Shown: positions 13,021 to 26,450, numbered from the whole stretch's first letter. The stretch: 63,156 nucleotides of DNA, filler included, from Lenisia limosa (GCA_001655205.1; 14 parts of 14 records of this genome joined end to end with filler, not necessarily neighbours in it), one strand, 5' to 3'. The notes: generated from the sequence alone by a model not told the origin. Made by a program: numbers and translations.

Positions 13021-15014
13021 TTGGGGGGGGGGGNNNNNNNNNNNNNNNNNNNNNNNNNNNNNNNNNNNNNNNNNNNNTTAATTAATTAANNNNNNNNNNN
13101 NNNNNNNNNNNNNNNNNNNNNNNNNNNNNNNNNACGGGTCGTTCCTACTGCCCCAAACGGGCGGAAGCGCTCCAGCCGCCGCGATTGCCGCCCCCCGGAA
13201 GCAGCACTCCAAAAAGGCCCTTCCGACCCTCCCACAGGTCAGGGGCAATGTTAATAATGTGGTGGTGTATTATAAATGGACAGCTATGATTTGTCTTCAT
13301 ACGGTAGCTAATGTGAACATTTTCAACAATTGCTTACTTATAATACTTATTGCAAGTCATACAACTAATGTAACTATCGTAGGGAGCAGCACAAGGGGGG
13401 CCCGGGTCCCCCATCCGTCGTAGGCCTTCCGTCAATACCGTGGAGGAGGAAGTGTCTTCTGCGGACCGGCTTAGCAATATCCAGTCTATGTGGGCGGGGG
13501 GTTAGAATTGCTAATATCGAGAGAAATCCAAAAACCAAGGCCATTTCACTTACCCCCGCTTTAAATACAAATTTGGTAGATCTCTCGTCCTTTTTGAAAT
13601 TTTGCAATGCAGTGACCCCTTCAGGTCAGTATCGAAGCCATCAACCAAGCCGGCCCCCCTTCCCGACCTTTAATTTACCCAATTTTGCGATTTTGTTCCA
13701 TTTCTTGTGTTTATGCAGTTTTCTTGTAGGTGAATGAGGCAAACTCTTCCGAAGTAGGTTTAGAGGATTACTTCCTTTTTCATCATCGAACTAACTTATA
13801 TTTGCCTCGGATGGATGTTGCGTCTGAAGAAGTGAGCAAATTGGTGATTAAATAATAATAATAATTGCGTTAATGGCAGCATTATCGTATTATCACATCA
13901 TATGAGAATAGAGAGGAAATAAGTTTGATGGCGAAGAAACCTTGCAAGAATCAATGCTCGTGACAGTGCCATATTTTGTTTACATATTTGTGGGACACAC
14001 ACAAACGACCGTCTTGCGTATGCCAGGTGTACAGGGTACAGAATACTATCTATGGTTACAGAGACAGCCTTGAGCTTGTCGTCCTCAATGTTGCGATGTG
14101 TAGGAGGGGGGTTGGACGTGTATATCATGTGTAAAATAAGACGGTTTCTGACCATATTTACCAATTAGTTGGAGTGGACTACCTTCATACTTTCAAGCAA
14201 CTAGAAGGGCATTGTTATTGTACTGATAAGGCCGTTTTTATTTCTGACTTGTGCGTAATCAAGCGTTGTCTTCAGATCGTATCATTTTGATGCTAACCAA
14301 TTCAGACTACTTCTTTGTCTACCCCGTGGTTTTTGTTTTTATGGGTGCATGGGCATGGACAGTTGTCTTGGGTTATTAGCAGTGTAAATATATCATACCA
14401 GTGCATATTTCTGACAAGTCCATCGTTTCTGTCCTGGTTGATAGTCTTGTCGGCAGCAGTATTGGCCACGGTAAGTTGCTGTCCTTGGTGTTGTTTTATT
14501 GACTTTCCTCACTTTTGCTTCTTTGTTCATCTAAAAAATTCACATGTCATACTCACTGCCCAACCACCCACTGTCTTCACCCCAAGATTGTTAATCTGTT
14601 CCTTCTCATTCGTGCGATCTGCAATGACAGCGCTGCCGACGATGAGGTATGTATGGGGTATTGAAATTTCAATTATCAATCAAAGAATACGAGATTAGAT
14701 ATAACCTCATCAACTCGGTTATGGATCAAATTCAAAAGCGACATGGATTCATGGATTCCAAAGTTTATGATAGATTCCTCCTCATATCATGTTATACATC
14801 TCTGTATTTTGTAACTTTCAAATCTAATTTGATTAGAAAAAAAGAAAAAAAAAGAGAAAAAAAAACTACAGTACCCTGCCTTCCCGACTCGTCTCCGACG
14901 TCAGTACTACCAAGNNNNNNNNNNNNNNNNNNNNNNNNNNNNNNNNNNNNNNNNNNNNTTAATTAATTAANNNNNNNNNNNNNNNNNNNNNNNNNNNNNN
15001 NNNNNNNNNNNNNN

Positions 15015-15796
15015 CTTTCTCAACAGCCCCCTGCCGCTACTGCCCGTGCCAGCGACCTCGTCTGCCTATCGGCCAACCAGCGTTACGTCTACCATTACAA
15101 CACGCTAATGACTGGTCTGCCTCTTCACAGCCGCGTCCGCCTCCACAACACCGTCTACCAAGTTGTGGAGGTGTTGCCCGGCGACGGCCGCCACCCAGCC
15201 CGCAAACGCAAGGTACACTACGAGTTGGACCCCGAGCCGGGCGCCGTTGTCGCCAATATTCCCCTCGACGATGTTACGGCCGCTATTCCAGCCCGCGACA
15301 CACCGCCGCCCAGCCCCTTGCCCGACCGCCAAGCCAGGCCCAAGTCCCCGGTTAACCCGGCCNNNNNNNNNNNNNNNNNNNNNNNNNNNNNNNNNNNNNN
15401 NNNNNNNNNNNNNNNNNNNNNNNNNNNNNGGTCCCGCCAGGCCAACGCCAAACAGACTCCTGGTCGACGCCTTCTCATGACACCCCGTCGTTGCCAAGCC
15501 TACGGTCCACCTTCCACTTCCGCCGCCGGTTACTGCTCCCGTCCTAGTGCAGCCAAGCCTACCGGCCGCCATTTCGCCGGCCCCCGACGCCGCCGACCCT
15601 CTTGACGACCCCTTTCCCAACGTGTACGACGATGCAGTATGCTTTTGCAGTTTTTGCGGTTTTTTGGGTTTCTTTAGTTTCTCGGTCGCTGGTCATTTCT
15701 TTGCCGTTGTTCCTAACCGACTTCCAGCCGATTTTCCTGCACTCCAACAGCAGCTCCGACGACGACAGCATTGACCTTACCGGCAGTGACGGCTAG
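15015..15796 (+). CDS. GC-rich partial gene: small beta-barrel-like segment, Pro-rich linker, C-terminal acidic SIM-like motif
   Basis: Open from the contig start through GLPLHSRVRLHNTVYQVVEVLPGDG. A gtatgc...cctaac...ccag intron joins NVYDDA to PIFLHSNSSSDDDSIDLTGSDG*. The frame across the masked gap cannot be verified. Confidence 0.5.
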
Positions 15797-15989
15797 GCAG
15801 CCAGTTTTAAAGTAGGGTGGGGGGAGGTATGTTTTTATCCATGATCAGACTTCAAATCTTTTTTTAGTTTTAGCCCTACAGTTGCGTCGGCCAATCTTCT
15901 TCCTGTAGTTTTCTTTTTGTTTGTCTGTTGCGAGGCACTCGGTTTACCATGTATGCTTTTCCTCCTTTGAAATCTTCAGGATCTGCCAG

Positions 15990-16615
15990 CTGGTTCTTTG
16001 TATTTCTACATCTCTAAGCTGTGGCACTCTCTATCTCTGATACTGCTACACTCTACCTACNNNNNNNNNNAGCTGTATCACTCTACCTACTATCTTATAT
16101 ACTTATTGACTTCATGACGTCACCATCTGCCAATTTGCAAACTTGGCCTGGCTGGTCTTTTTATTTCTACATCTCTAAGCTGTGGCACTCTCTATCTCTG
16201 ATACTGCTACACTCTACCTACTATATTATCTATACTTATTGAATTCATGACGTCACCATCTGCCACTTTGCCAACTTGGCCAGGCTGGTCTTTTTATTTC
16301 TACATCTCTCTGCTGTATCACTCTACCTACTATATTATATACTTATTGACTTCATGACGTCACCATCTGCCAATTTGCCAACTTGGCCAGGCTGGTCTTT
16401 TTCTTTCTACATCTCTCAGCTGTGGCACTCTACCTATCCCTGGTACTACTACACTCTATAAACCAAATTATACACTTATTGAATTCATGACGTCACCATC
16501 TGCCACTTTGCCAACTTGGCCAGGCTGGTCTTTNNNNNNNNNNATACTTATTGACTTCATGACGTCACCATCTGCCACTTTGCCAACTTGGCCAGGCTGG
16601 TCTTTTTATTTCTAC
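15990..16615. repeat. Degenerate tandem array with alternating 133/107-bp units
   Basis: Conserved core containing TGACGTCA at 16115, 16248, 16355, 16488 and 16560, separated by related AT-rich segments. Confidence 0.92.
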
Positions 16616-16699
16616 TGTAGGCTGGGGATTGCTAATATTCCAGGCTACGCTATACGTACCAGGGATACACAATACAAGCCAGGGTGTACTATACGTACA

Positions 16700-16805
16700 A
16701 GGGATACACAATACAATACAATACAATACAATGCATACATACACAATACAATACAATACTATACTATTTACTATACTATACTATACAATACAATACAATA
16801 CAAAA
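16700..16805. repeat. (CAATA)n/(CTATA)n microsatellite
   Basis: Pentamer repeats visible directly. Confidence 0.9.
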
Positions 16806-17954
16806 CTGTTATATGTACCCCCCATGTAATTCTATACCCTATATAGATACCCCAGGAATAGAAAAAAAAAAAAAAAAAACCAAATATAACTTTGATGATA
16901 AACATATGAGAAACACACGAGGGTTTGAAAACAAGGGGGAATCTTAATGTTTATTGGGGATTTTGATTCCATTACAACAGTAGAGTATGTTAATAGTGAG
17001 GCGAAGGGATTAGAGAGTTAAGAGCAACCCCCATCCCCACCTTAGTGTATCTCTGGAAACGAAGTGCAGGCTCAGAGTCAGAGATCTTAGTGGCAGAGGA
17101 AGCAGTCATTTCTCTCAATCAACAATCTGGAATAAAAGGTTTAAAGATGTGTGTTTTAAAGGCATAGGGCAACTTAAACACCAGAGATCCGCCGGCCGTG
17201 GGCGGGTCATGGTTGTGCGTCATTTGCGATCATGATTTTTGCTTGTAAACCCGGGGCGCCCTGAAGTTGTACCCCGAGCCTGAGGGAACCGACTTTATAT
17301 GACAGACATGGAACCGAGATTTCAATTGAAGTAAATTTTCATGACTCTCGAGGCACAAATAACGACTGAATAACGATGGCCAGTTGCGAGGGTATCAGAG
17401 ATTTCACAGGGTGCAAGATGATCCAGCTAGGCCTACACAGACTGCATCTCGGAGCGGATGGTGGCGTAGCCGGTCTCACCGCGCTCGATTTGCAATCGAT
17501 TTGCAAGTTATTTGTTTTTTATGATTTTATGACCATTAAACAAAAAAAAAAAAAAAAAAAAAAAAAANNNNNNNNNNNNNNNNNNNNNNNNNNNNNNNNN
17601 NNNNNNNNNNNNNNNNNNNNNNNNNNNNNNNNNNNNNNNNNNNNAGCCAGTCTTTCGTTTTATGCAAAAAAAATCCAACATTTTGTTACAGAATTTTCGA
17701 CCATACGGAGAAGAGAAAAAACCCGTTTGGCGTAAGAAATTGACAGACTGAGAGGCCTGTCATTTTGTAACTGTCGTTGAAACACACTACAGTCAATATA
17801 CGGTTGATTTTAGCGCCAAACGCTGAAAAGAACTTTACTTGCTTTATTGTATTGAACATTATGAGATAATTGAAATTGAGAACGAAATTATATAGAATTC
17901 TACTATACAACAATAAAATAAAAAAAAAGGAAACAACGATAAAAACTCATTAAC

Positions 17955-18820
17955 CACAGTCTGTATTTGGTCCCGTGTCTGTGGCACCGTTACGACAACC
18001 CCCGCAATGATGACCATCACCTCCATAACGGTTCAAGCTAAACAGTTAATATTATGATTCAAGGCTTAAATATTACATAACAACAACACCAAGAAAAGGT
18101 TAGAAATACGTAGGATGTATAAAAAATAAAAGGTTGCAAAGGGCAAGCAAAAGGCCAGAATATTGGAATGTTATACTTAATCGGGTTAAGAATCTACTCA
18201 CTGTGTATTACATGATTGACAGTTTAGGAAGTTCTCCCAAGGGTCTCGACATTTTTCGGGAATCGGATAGTAATTCGACCACTCACATTGACATTCTAAA
18301 GTGGTCAACAGTAAAAAACCTAGTAAAATCTCTATTGTGCGATGCTATTCCATACTTGAGCAAGCAGTCAAGGGATATCCAACAGGCTGCTCGTCCGGGT
18401 ACGAAGCCGCAATGCAGTCTCCGCACGTCGTTGGGTTGGCTGAACTCTCTCTGTAGTAGACTGTAGCGCAACCTGGGTATTAAGGATGAATGTACTATTT
18501 TGGCTAGCTGAAGCCATCCCACTTGGCTTTTTTTATATATTATGTATATTATGTATATTGTAAATATATGTATATCAATGGACAAGTCCTGTATGGTATA
18601 CTGTCGCCAGATGGGTTTGTTTTAGGTTAGATCCTGATATGCATAATATATCAACAAAACGGAAACACCCTCCCATAAACAGTGAATCAACAAAGCCCTA
18701 CTTTCACAAGGAGACGTGCCTCCGTTCCCTTCGGTAACGTGGAAGTATCCAGACATGCATTCTCCACAGCTGTTTCCAGACAGGTTGTTTCGGTTTAGCG
18801 AGCTACAAGTAGCGTCACAC
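17955..18820 (-). CDS. Cys-rich extracellular repeat exons
   Basis: Exons CDATCSSLNRNNLSGNSCGECMSGYFHVTEGNGGTSPCE and SLNRYGGDGHHCGGCRNGATDTGPNTDC share SLNR...CGxCxxG, and both end at GT donors. Confidence 0.6.
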
Positions 18821-18962
18821 CTGTAAGTGAGGGGGGGGGGGTGTAAACAAGAGGAGTACAAANNNNNNNNNNNNNNNNNNNNNNNNNNNNNNNNNNNNNN
18901 NNNNNNTTAATTAATTAANNNNNNNNNNNNNNNNNNNNNNNNNNNNNNNNNNNNNNNNNNNN

Positions 18963-19082
18963 GTCAAAAGGCCACGTTCGCCAGAAGACTGAACAAAACC
19001 GAAGAACACCAGCACGAGCAAAATCGGGACGATTTCCCAGGAGATAATCAGGACGGTGGTGATGATTCGTGACTCCAGCTGC
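18963..19082 (-). CDS. Transmembrane-helix exon, possibly GPR137/TOM1-like last TM
   Basis: LESRIITTVLIISWEIVPILLVLVFFG. The WExxP followed by a hydrophobic run recalls the GPR137/THH1-TOM1 family. Single exon only. Confidence 0.35.
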
Positions 19083-22000
19083 ACGCATTAATCAGCAAAA
19101 ATAACATTTTTATTTTTTGGTGCAAGACAATATATTAAATACAATCTAGGGATATGAAAAATTAAATTGCGGTATACAACACATAACCAACAGAACGGGC
19201 TCTACTCCATATGAATTACGGTAGCATGGTCACTCTAATACTTACAAATCATATCTACTACATAGTATATAGAAACTCACTAATTTACGAACAAAAATTA
19301 CAACTTGCTGAAGCATCAACATCAAGTAATAGAACACCATTCTTCTATCCGCCTCTCTTTCAATCATTTCCGAAGATAAGGAATCCTTGACAAGGCTAAA
19401 CTCTAATTTGGCCATACCACCACCCCACATTTTCACTTCCAACATCAAGTTGGAATGTCGGCGACATGATAGAGAGAAAGTCATAGAGGCTTCGGATTAC
19501 AAACAGCATGTTAATGGTGTTGGTCATAAACTGGGCTTGTTACACAAATTTCGAAACCGAAAGCATTGAAAGGTGCCCCTAATAGTATAGCAAAAGGACA
19601 CAAACTGTGAAATGATTCCACAGCTTGATCAAAACCAAATTCAACAGATATACAACAGTAAACAACGTACGTGAATCTAAAGAAAGCAAAGGTAAAATAT
19701 TTTTTTGACAGCCAGAATAATATACAATAAAACACAAATCATGAGAGACAGTGTCAGATTTCCCTCTAAAATTAGAAAATACTTACTACGGGCACTGTGG
19801 TCAAAAAGAGTCGGTAAAATATAGATACTTATAAATATGTATTTGGTCTTTTTCCGGACCTAAGTGGATACCTATCTATGATTCAAACCCTTCAAACCTT
19901 AAGAGAGACCAGTGACCCATTAGGAGCAAAGTAATCCTTCAGCTAAGAGCGTAAGTCACAGCCATCATATTTACACAGTATATTAGTGCCCACAGCTTTC
20001 CATTTGTGTAAACACAAAGAAAATACATAGCCTGAACATATATTTGTTGCAGAAGATGTATATATCGATATGTGTATAAAATACCCCCCCCCCCCNNNNN
20101 NNNNNNNNNNNNNNNNNNNNNNNNNNNNNNNNNNNNNNNNNNNNNNNNNNNNNNNNNNNNNNNNNNNNNNNNNNNNNNNNNNNNNNNNNNNNNNNNNNNN
20201 NNNNNNNNNNNNNNNNNNNNNNNNNNNNNNNNNNNNNNNNNNNNNNNNNNNNNNNGCAACACCCCAGCAAGGATAAGGAAGACGCATCCCTACAGAATGA
20301 AACTCAAACAGAAGCCGGGACGGCAGGGAATAATTGCCTCACTCAAGAAAATCAAAATGTCTCGCGGTGATACGGGGGTATGAGGAGTACTTTTTCCAAT
20401 TAAACATATTTGGGCTTTCTCCACATCTAATTCCAAAGTTCTCATTTGAATATTACCACAACCAAGATCTGTCCTCTGAGCCACATACACTAAAGATCTG
20501 TCNNNNNNNNNNNNNNNNNNNNNNNNNNNNNNNNNNNNNNNNNNNNNNNNNNNNNNNNNNNNNNNNNNNNNNNNNNNNNNNNNNNNNNNNNNNNNNNNNN
20601 NNNNNNNNNNNNNNNNNNNNNNNNNNNNNNNNNNNNNNNNNNNNNNNNNNNNNNNNNNNNNNNNNNNNNNNNNNNNNNNNNNNNNNNNNNNNNNNNNNNN
20701 NNNNNNNNNNNNNNNNNTAATCATGAAGACCACATTATAGAGTGACCGGGATAAGTTTTGACCGATTTTTCTAAGGAAATCATATAGCAAATCGGTCAAG
20801 ACTTATCCCAGGTACTGCAAATGAACACGGAACGAAAACAGAGCCACGAGAAAAAAACTCGGACTGAGGTAACTCAACTAGCTAAGGACAAGGACAACCT
20901 CAAACCGATGGTGAAAACAAGGAAGAGCACATTGAAGACGATATAGCGACGGAAGTAGTAATACGATATGCTCTGCCATCGTTCGTAGTTGACAACACGA
21001 GCATAGTAGAGGATGAGGAGGTAGAAGGTGGCGAATTGGACGTTGATGGGGAGGCTATTACGGTCAGTACAGGAGCTCCGGGCTGAACAACCAACAGGAA
21101 ATCACAAAATCCTCATACTGATAAATAATTTCGTTGGCATCTTCAGAGTTGAAATCTCCACACATGATGGAGAGGAAGTACTCAAAGCGAAGGCCAACCC
21201 AGAAGAGGCAGAGCAGGAGGAAGCCGAATTGAAAGGAAAATCGCGAGTGTCTGGAGATGAGAGTTGAAGAAGGGCTTACCCATAATAGAGAATTCTGAAA
21301 ATTTGAATTGATACTATGATGGCCATGATGAAGTAGATCAGCGTCAGGGCGATAGTGAATGGGTCACTGGGAATAAACATTTTGGAAGGTATAAAGCAAA
21401 AACAGGAAACTATTGGATGGTGTGGCTAGGATTCTAGCCACAGCAGGAGGAGAAAGCGCGTCTATGAAATCTTACACCTCCGAAGAGACATTCTTTTTCC
21501 AACTCCTGTGTTAAAATTTTCTCGTTATGTATGTCTCGTGCTAGTGAAAGCAAGGAAGCAAGGATTTTTCAAAAAATAAAAATCGAAATAAATAGTTGTT
21601 TTTTCTGGGGTGTAGTCTACCCAATATTTGGCATGAAGGTGCAAAAATTTTTCACAGGGCGAAGACTCACTAAGGGAGACAGCCCATGACAGATTATTGC
21701 AATTTATGATGAATATCATCATAACATCCACCAAATTCTAGCCCAGAAGCACTGCATTTNNNNNNNNNNNNNNNNNNNNNNNNNNNNNNNNNNNNNNNNN
21801 NNNNNNNNNNNNNNNNNNNNNNNNNNNNNNNNNNNNNNNNNNNNNNNNNNNNNNNNNNNNNNNNNNNNNNNNNNNNNNNNNNNNNNNNNNNGCTCATTGT
21901 GAATGGGGTCGGGGTCCTCCATTGTGACGGTGTGAGTTTAACCGTCCTAGAAATTGGCCATGAAGACTGGAGCAAACACTCCTGGTAAGTGGTAACAAGT

Positions 22001-22377
22001 GCCCCTCCTGATTTGGTTTGTATGATATGTCGAAATTACAACTAATAAAAGGTAGTATCTGGCTGAAAACGTTCTTACCATCTCGTTCATAAGAGATTGG
22101 CGTGGCGTATAAGTATCACATACATTAGTTATCTCTTGAAACCTTCTCAATGCGGGGAGGGAGGGGTCTTATGTAGTTAGTGTGCTTGTGTTGTAAACAA
22201 TATATTTATCTAATATAGTGTGATGGACTGGTATACCTTGTCGATTTTGCATATTACTTTTCGGATCATTTTTTTCACACATTTGTTATATATATGATAT
22301 ATTGTAAAGTCACAATAACGATACTCTGATACACTCTGGATTGAACCCTCATGCTATTTGCTCATCATTGCAACATA

Positions 22378-22530
22378 AAAGTCGGTCATATGAAGTGGAT
22401 ATGGGTCAACCTTTCGACTAGAAAGTCGGCCATATGATCATCTCTCAAGTGGATATGAGTCAACAAAAGTCGGCCATATGATCGTCTCACAAGTGGATAG
22501 GAGTCAACAAAAGTCGCTCATATGATCATA
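22378..22530. repeat. ~44-bp minisatellite
   Basis: AAAAGTCGGCCATATGATCxTCTCxCAAGTGGATAxGAGTCAAC, about 3.5 copies. Confidence 0.85.
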
Positions 22531-22929
22531 ACATTTCCAGTACCTCCCTGCGGACACTCAGTGATCTATGAAACGCGAAGTACCTGCCCCCTTTGTCATT
22601 TGGGGCGAAAATCCCATTATGTCCCAGCTCTGGTTTGAAATTGACTTGTTGAATGAATATTGCTATCTTATTAGATTGATTATCATTTGTGTACCTTTTT
22701 GATTATATCTTTTTGAAACCTATGTCTTATTTTTTCACATTATTAACACTACAGGTGACAAAAGTTGAGCCAGTATCGCCGTTAGAAAATGTTTGCTGTC
22801 TTGTTGGCTTTCATCTTAACGTTTATCCAGGTTATATGAGTATTTATCAACGTTTTTTTTTTGGAGAATTCAGTCTTTTATAAAAGAAATTCGTGCGGAG
22901 AAAGTTTGTATTTAAAAAGGTAAATAATA

Positions 22930-23055
22930 CTACGAATTTTATATATTTTCGTTAATAATAAAAGAAAAGTTCACAGAGTAGTTATATATTTTCGTCAATA
23001 ATAAAAGAAAAGTTCACAGATTAGTTATATATTATCGTCAATAATAACAGAATCC
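22930..23055. repeat. ~43-bp tandem repeat
   Basis: ATATATTTTCGTxAATAATAAAAGAAAAGTTCACAGA.TAGTT, two full copies and one partial. Confidence 0.85.
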
Positions 23056-25789
23056 AGAGAATTTAGTTTTTTGATGTCACAGACAAGAGTGAGTTATCGC
23101 GATGCTGCGGTCGACTCTGTTTGGCTTATTGCATGCTGTGCATCCCATGGCTACGTCCCAACTCTGTGGGCACTAAGGGGGTTGGTAATCCAAATGTTGT
23201 TTTTGATAAAGGGCCCTCTAATCAATATCGTATCTTGTTTGTGATAAAGGATTACATCATATCATTTATCATATGCATATTGTTTCTGACCAAGGGGCTG
23301 CTTATCGAAATTCCGATGAAGGGCTGAAATCCAAAGCTGGTGATTTCCTCAAAGTATACCTTCTGATGAGGGTCATCGTCGTATAAATATGATATAGTAT
23401 ATAGTATGCATTTTTTTGGCTCAACCCTACTCCCTAAAAAAAACATTATTTGACCCTTATATATCGATATACATAATATAAAAACATTATAATATGAGCG
23501 GGGATGCTATATCAGAACGGCATTAGGAGGGGGTGGCTTTATCCAGTAGATTTCGATGAAGAAGAATGGGATTCGGTATTAACATATATGTATTACGCAT
23601 ATCATATATATAATATATCACACCATCCATATATCTGTGATTTTCCTCTATCTGTGAAAACAAGCCAAATGAANNNNNNNNNNNNNNNNNNNNNNNNNNN
23701 NNNNNNNNNNNNNNNNNNNNNNNNNNNNNNNNNNNNNNNNNNNNNNNNNNNNNNNNNNNNNNNNNNNNNNNNNNNNNNNNNNNNNNNNNNNNNNNNNNNN
23801 NNNNNNNNNNNNNNNNNNNNNNNNNNNNNNNNNNNNNNNNNNNNNNNNNNNNNNNNNNNNNNNNNNNNNNNNNNNNNNNNNNGTATTATGCCATATTTTT
23901 AGCAAAAAATTTTCGCATAGTTCAAATAAATTCACAGATAGAGGAAAATTCACAGATACGAACGGTGTGATATAATATACTATATGATTTATACGTTTTA
24001 TGGAAAATTGTTTTGAAATTTTCCGAAAATTCATAGCAAAATGAAACATCTTATGAGGACGTTAGAAGTACCAAGTTATCTGCTTGACAGATGTTCAACG
24101 CGGCTTCGTCAACAGTCNNNNNNNNNNNNNNNNNNNNNNNNNNNNNNNNNNNNNNNNNNNNNNNNNNNNNNNNNNNNNNNNNNNNNNNNNNNNNNNNNNN
24201 NNNNNNNNNNNNNNNNNNNNNNNNNNNNNNNNNNNNNNNNNNNNNNNNNNNNNNNNNNNNNNNNNNNNNNNNNNNNNNNNNNNNNNNNNNNNNNNNNNNN
24301 NNNNNNNNNNNNNNNNNNNNTATATGACGATGACCCTGAGGGGGCGGCTAATCCCAATATTGCTTCTTATGTTCATTATTCGAACCAACTTGCTGTTTGA
24401 CGTTTTGCAGTATTTCTTCCGACGTCAAGTTCTTCCTGCGGGGATTGGTTTGGGGGTTAAGGATTTTGTAGTGCTATTACTAAGGCTTCACTATGGTCTC
24501 AAAAAACCTGGAAAAACATCGATAGTTTTCGAGGATTCATCAACAAGTCAGTCTTTTTTTGAACCAAAGTGAAGCCCTAGCAAATATCAAAAATTGGATA
24601 ACTTCATCCTTTCTCACCATTTGGGTCATTCCAGTCCCAAAAAGACAAATGAAACACGATTTATCTAATATATTTTTATGGAGAAATTTTCTCAAATTCA
24701 TTCTTTTTAAGACTGCAGTTCACAACTTATTTCATAGGGCATGACTCTGCGAAGCCATGGACCTCGGAAATTATCAGCGGGACCAAATGGTAGGCCCCTC
24801 CCCTCTCTCTCTTTCTTTTCCTATACTAAATTATAAGCGTGATGGTGTGGACGGCCTCGGCCGGATATAACCTTGTTTTTTTTTTATCTCTGCATCTCTA
24901 TACATCGTATAGTAAGGTCGTCCCGGCTGTTCCAAGAATGACTTCATTTTGTATACACCCATGAGTACAATTAATATTCATTGTTAATGTGATGTTGTGG
25001 ACGGCTTCAGTCAGAATTATTAAACTCTTTCTCATTTCTACAGACAATTTCTAAATCCCTAGTTAAGCGAAATTCTTTATCTTGCCCAAAATCTGCACTA
25101 TCCTTGAATCGGAATTTTTGTTCTTTAAATTCCAAGAAAAGGTGCTATCGTACAATTTGTCCCTTCAAAATCACAATTAATTTTTTTCATGTCATTCTAT
25201 TTAATCCCTCCAGATCCGCCAGATATCGAAGAAATGTTAACTGAAATGACTGGAGGTTCACTTGAACTTAAGAACTGCTCAATTGAAGAAGCTGTTGGAG
25301 CATTTGCCCGAAATGTNNNNNNNNNNNNNNNNNNNNNNNNNNNNNNNNNNNNNNNNNNNNNNNNNNNNNNNNNNNNNNNNNNNNNNNNNNNNNNNNNNNN
25401 NNNNNNNNNNNNNNNNNNNNNNNNNNNNNNNNNNNNNNNNNNNNNNNNNNNNNNNNNNCTATCCACAGAAAGTTGTAAAGCAAATGTTTGGGTGAATAAT
25501 ATTATCAATAATAGTCCGTTTAGAAATGTAATTGTTTAAGGACTAATAGTCGATATGTGCTATGATAGTTTCGAAAATGGAATTTTGGTTGCTCTCACGT
25601 CAAATTTTATAAATATTATCAATTATTTGGCTGGTAGTATAATTATTTATGTTCGATAAGCGCCCTCATTCAAAAATCCAGAATTGCATAAATGGTAAAA
25701 ATTACTGAAAATTATTCAATTACTTTTGGTGAAAAGAATATTGTGTTCTTGTAATTAATCCAGTTCCACTTAGCAAACTTCTAAGCAGG

Positions 25790-25920
25790 TCTCCATGCAG
25801 TTATATTTTTGAAGAAATTAATTGACAAAGTAGAAATAAAAGTGTCTGAAAAGGGGGACACTACGTCCCACTTCAAAATTTAAAATTAATTTTTCAATTA
25901 ATTGCAAGGAGCCTAATAGT
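25790..25920. mobile_element. Fold-back dispersed repeat (family F), MITE-like
   Basis: Imperfect palindrome (GGTCTCC.TGCA...AATTAATTGA / TCAATTAATTGCAAGGAGCCTAAT). Homologous pieces near 32230, 36110-36170, 48885-48985 and 59350-59405. Confidence 0.55.
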
Positions 25921-26450
25921 GTACCCACTGTATATGATTCATTATTTAGGACACCACATGGCCACGTGACCCCTTTTCTCAGTGGCACATTCCTGCATAC
26001 CCCGCGCTTGTTCCTGAGAGGGTCAGAAACCTCCCGACGGTAGGAGTAGGACCCCTATATTCCGAAACGACTTATATATATTAGTGGTTTGTTGTATCAA
26101 AGCTATTTGGTCTAGAAGAGCTGTGAATCCTCAAATTCTTGATAATCGCAATGTCTCTGTTTCAGTAATCGCGGGGTTTCTGCGAACATTAGTTTACATA
26201 TTGATTCTACCATATCATATGATATATGAAAATAATGCGCCGCCGGCCTGGTAGTAACTGTCCGACTGACAGTATATGTAGAGCTATATTATAGGATACT
26301 ATCATATTTTATACTGTCATGTTACATATTTCATACTCTGTTGGTCTCACGAAATAGCCAGAAACACAGCCTTCAAGCTTGATGCCGCCTGCTGTTATGG
26401 AAATATCATGCTTCAAGCACGGCAAATTCATTGAAGATGAGGCGTTAAGG

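Noticed and set aside
15990-16615. CRISPR-like array
   Set aside because: The core is about 68 bp, the 'spacers' are homologous to each other, there are no cas genes and the context is eukaryotic.
18134-18466. hAT transposase remnant that could mobilise family A
   Set aside because: No convincing dimerisation-domain or catalytic motifs, and no TIRs nearby.
19387-19569. C2H2/U1-type zinc finger (CRRH...YKQHVNGVGH)
   Set aside because: The second ligand is His rather than Cys and no splice context could be established.
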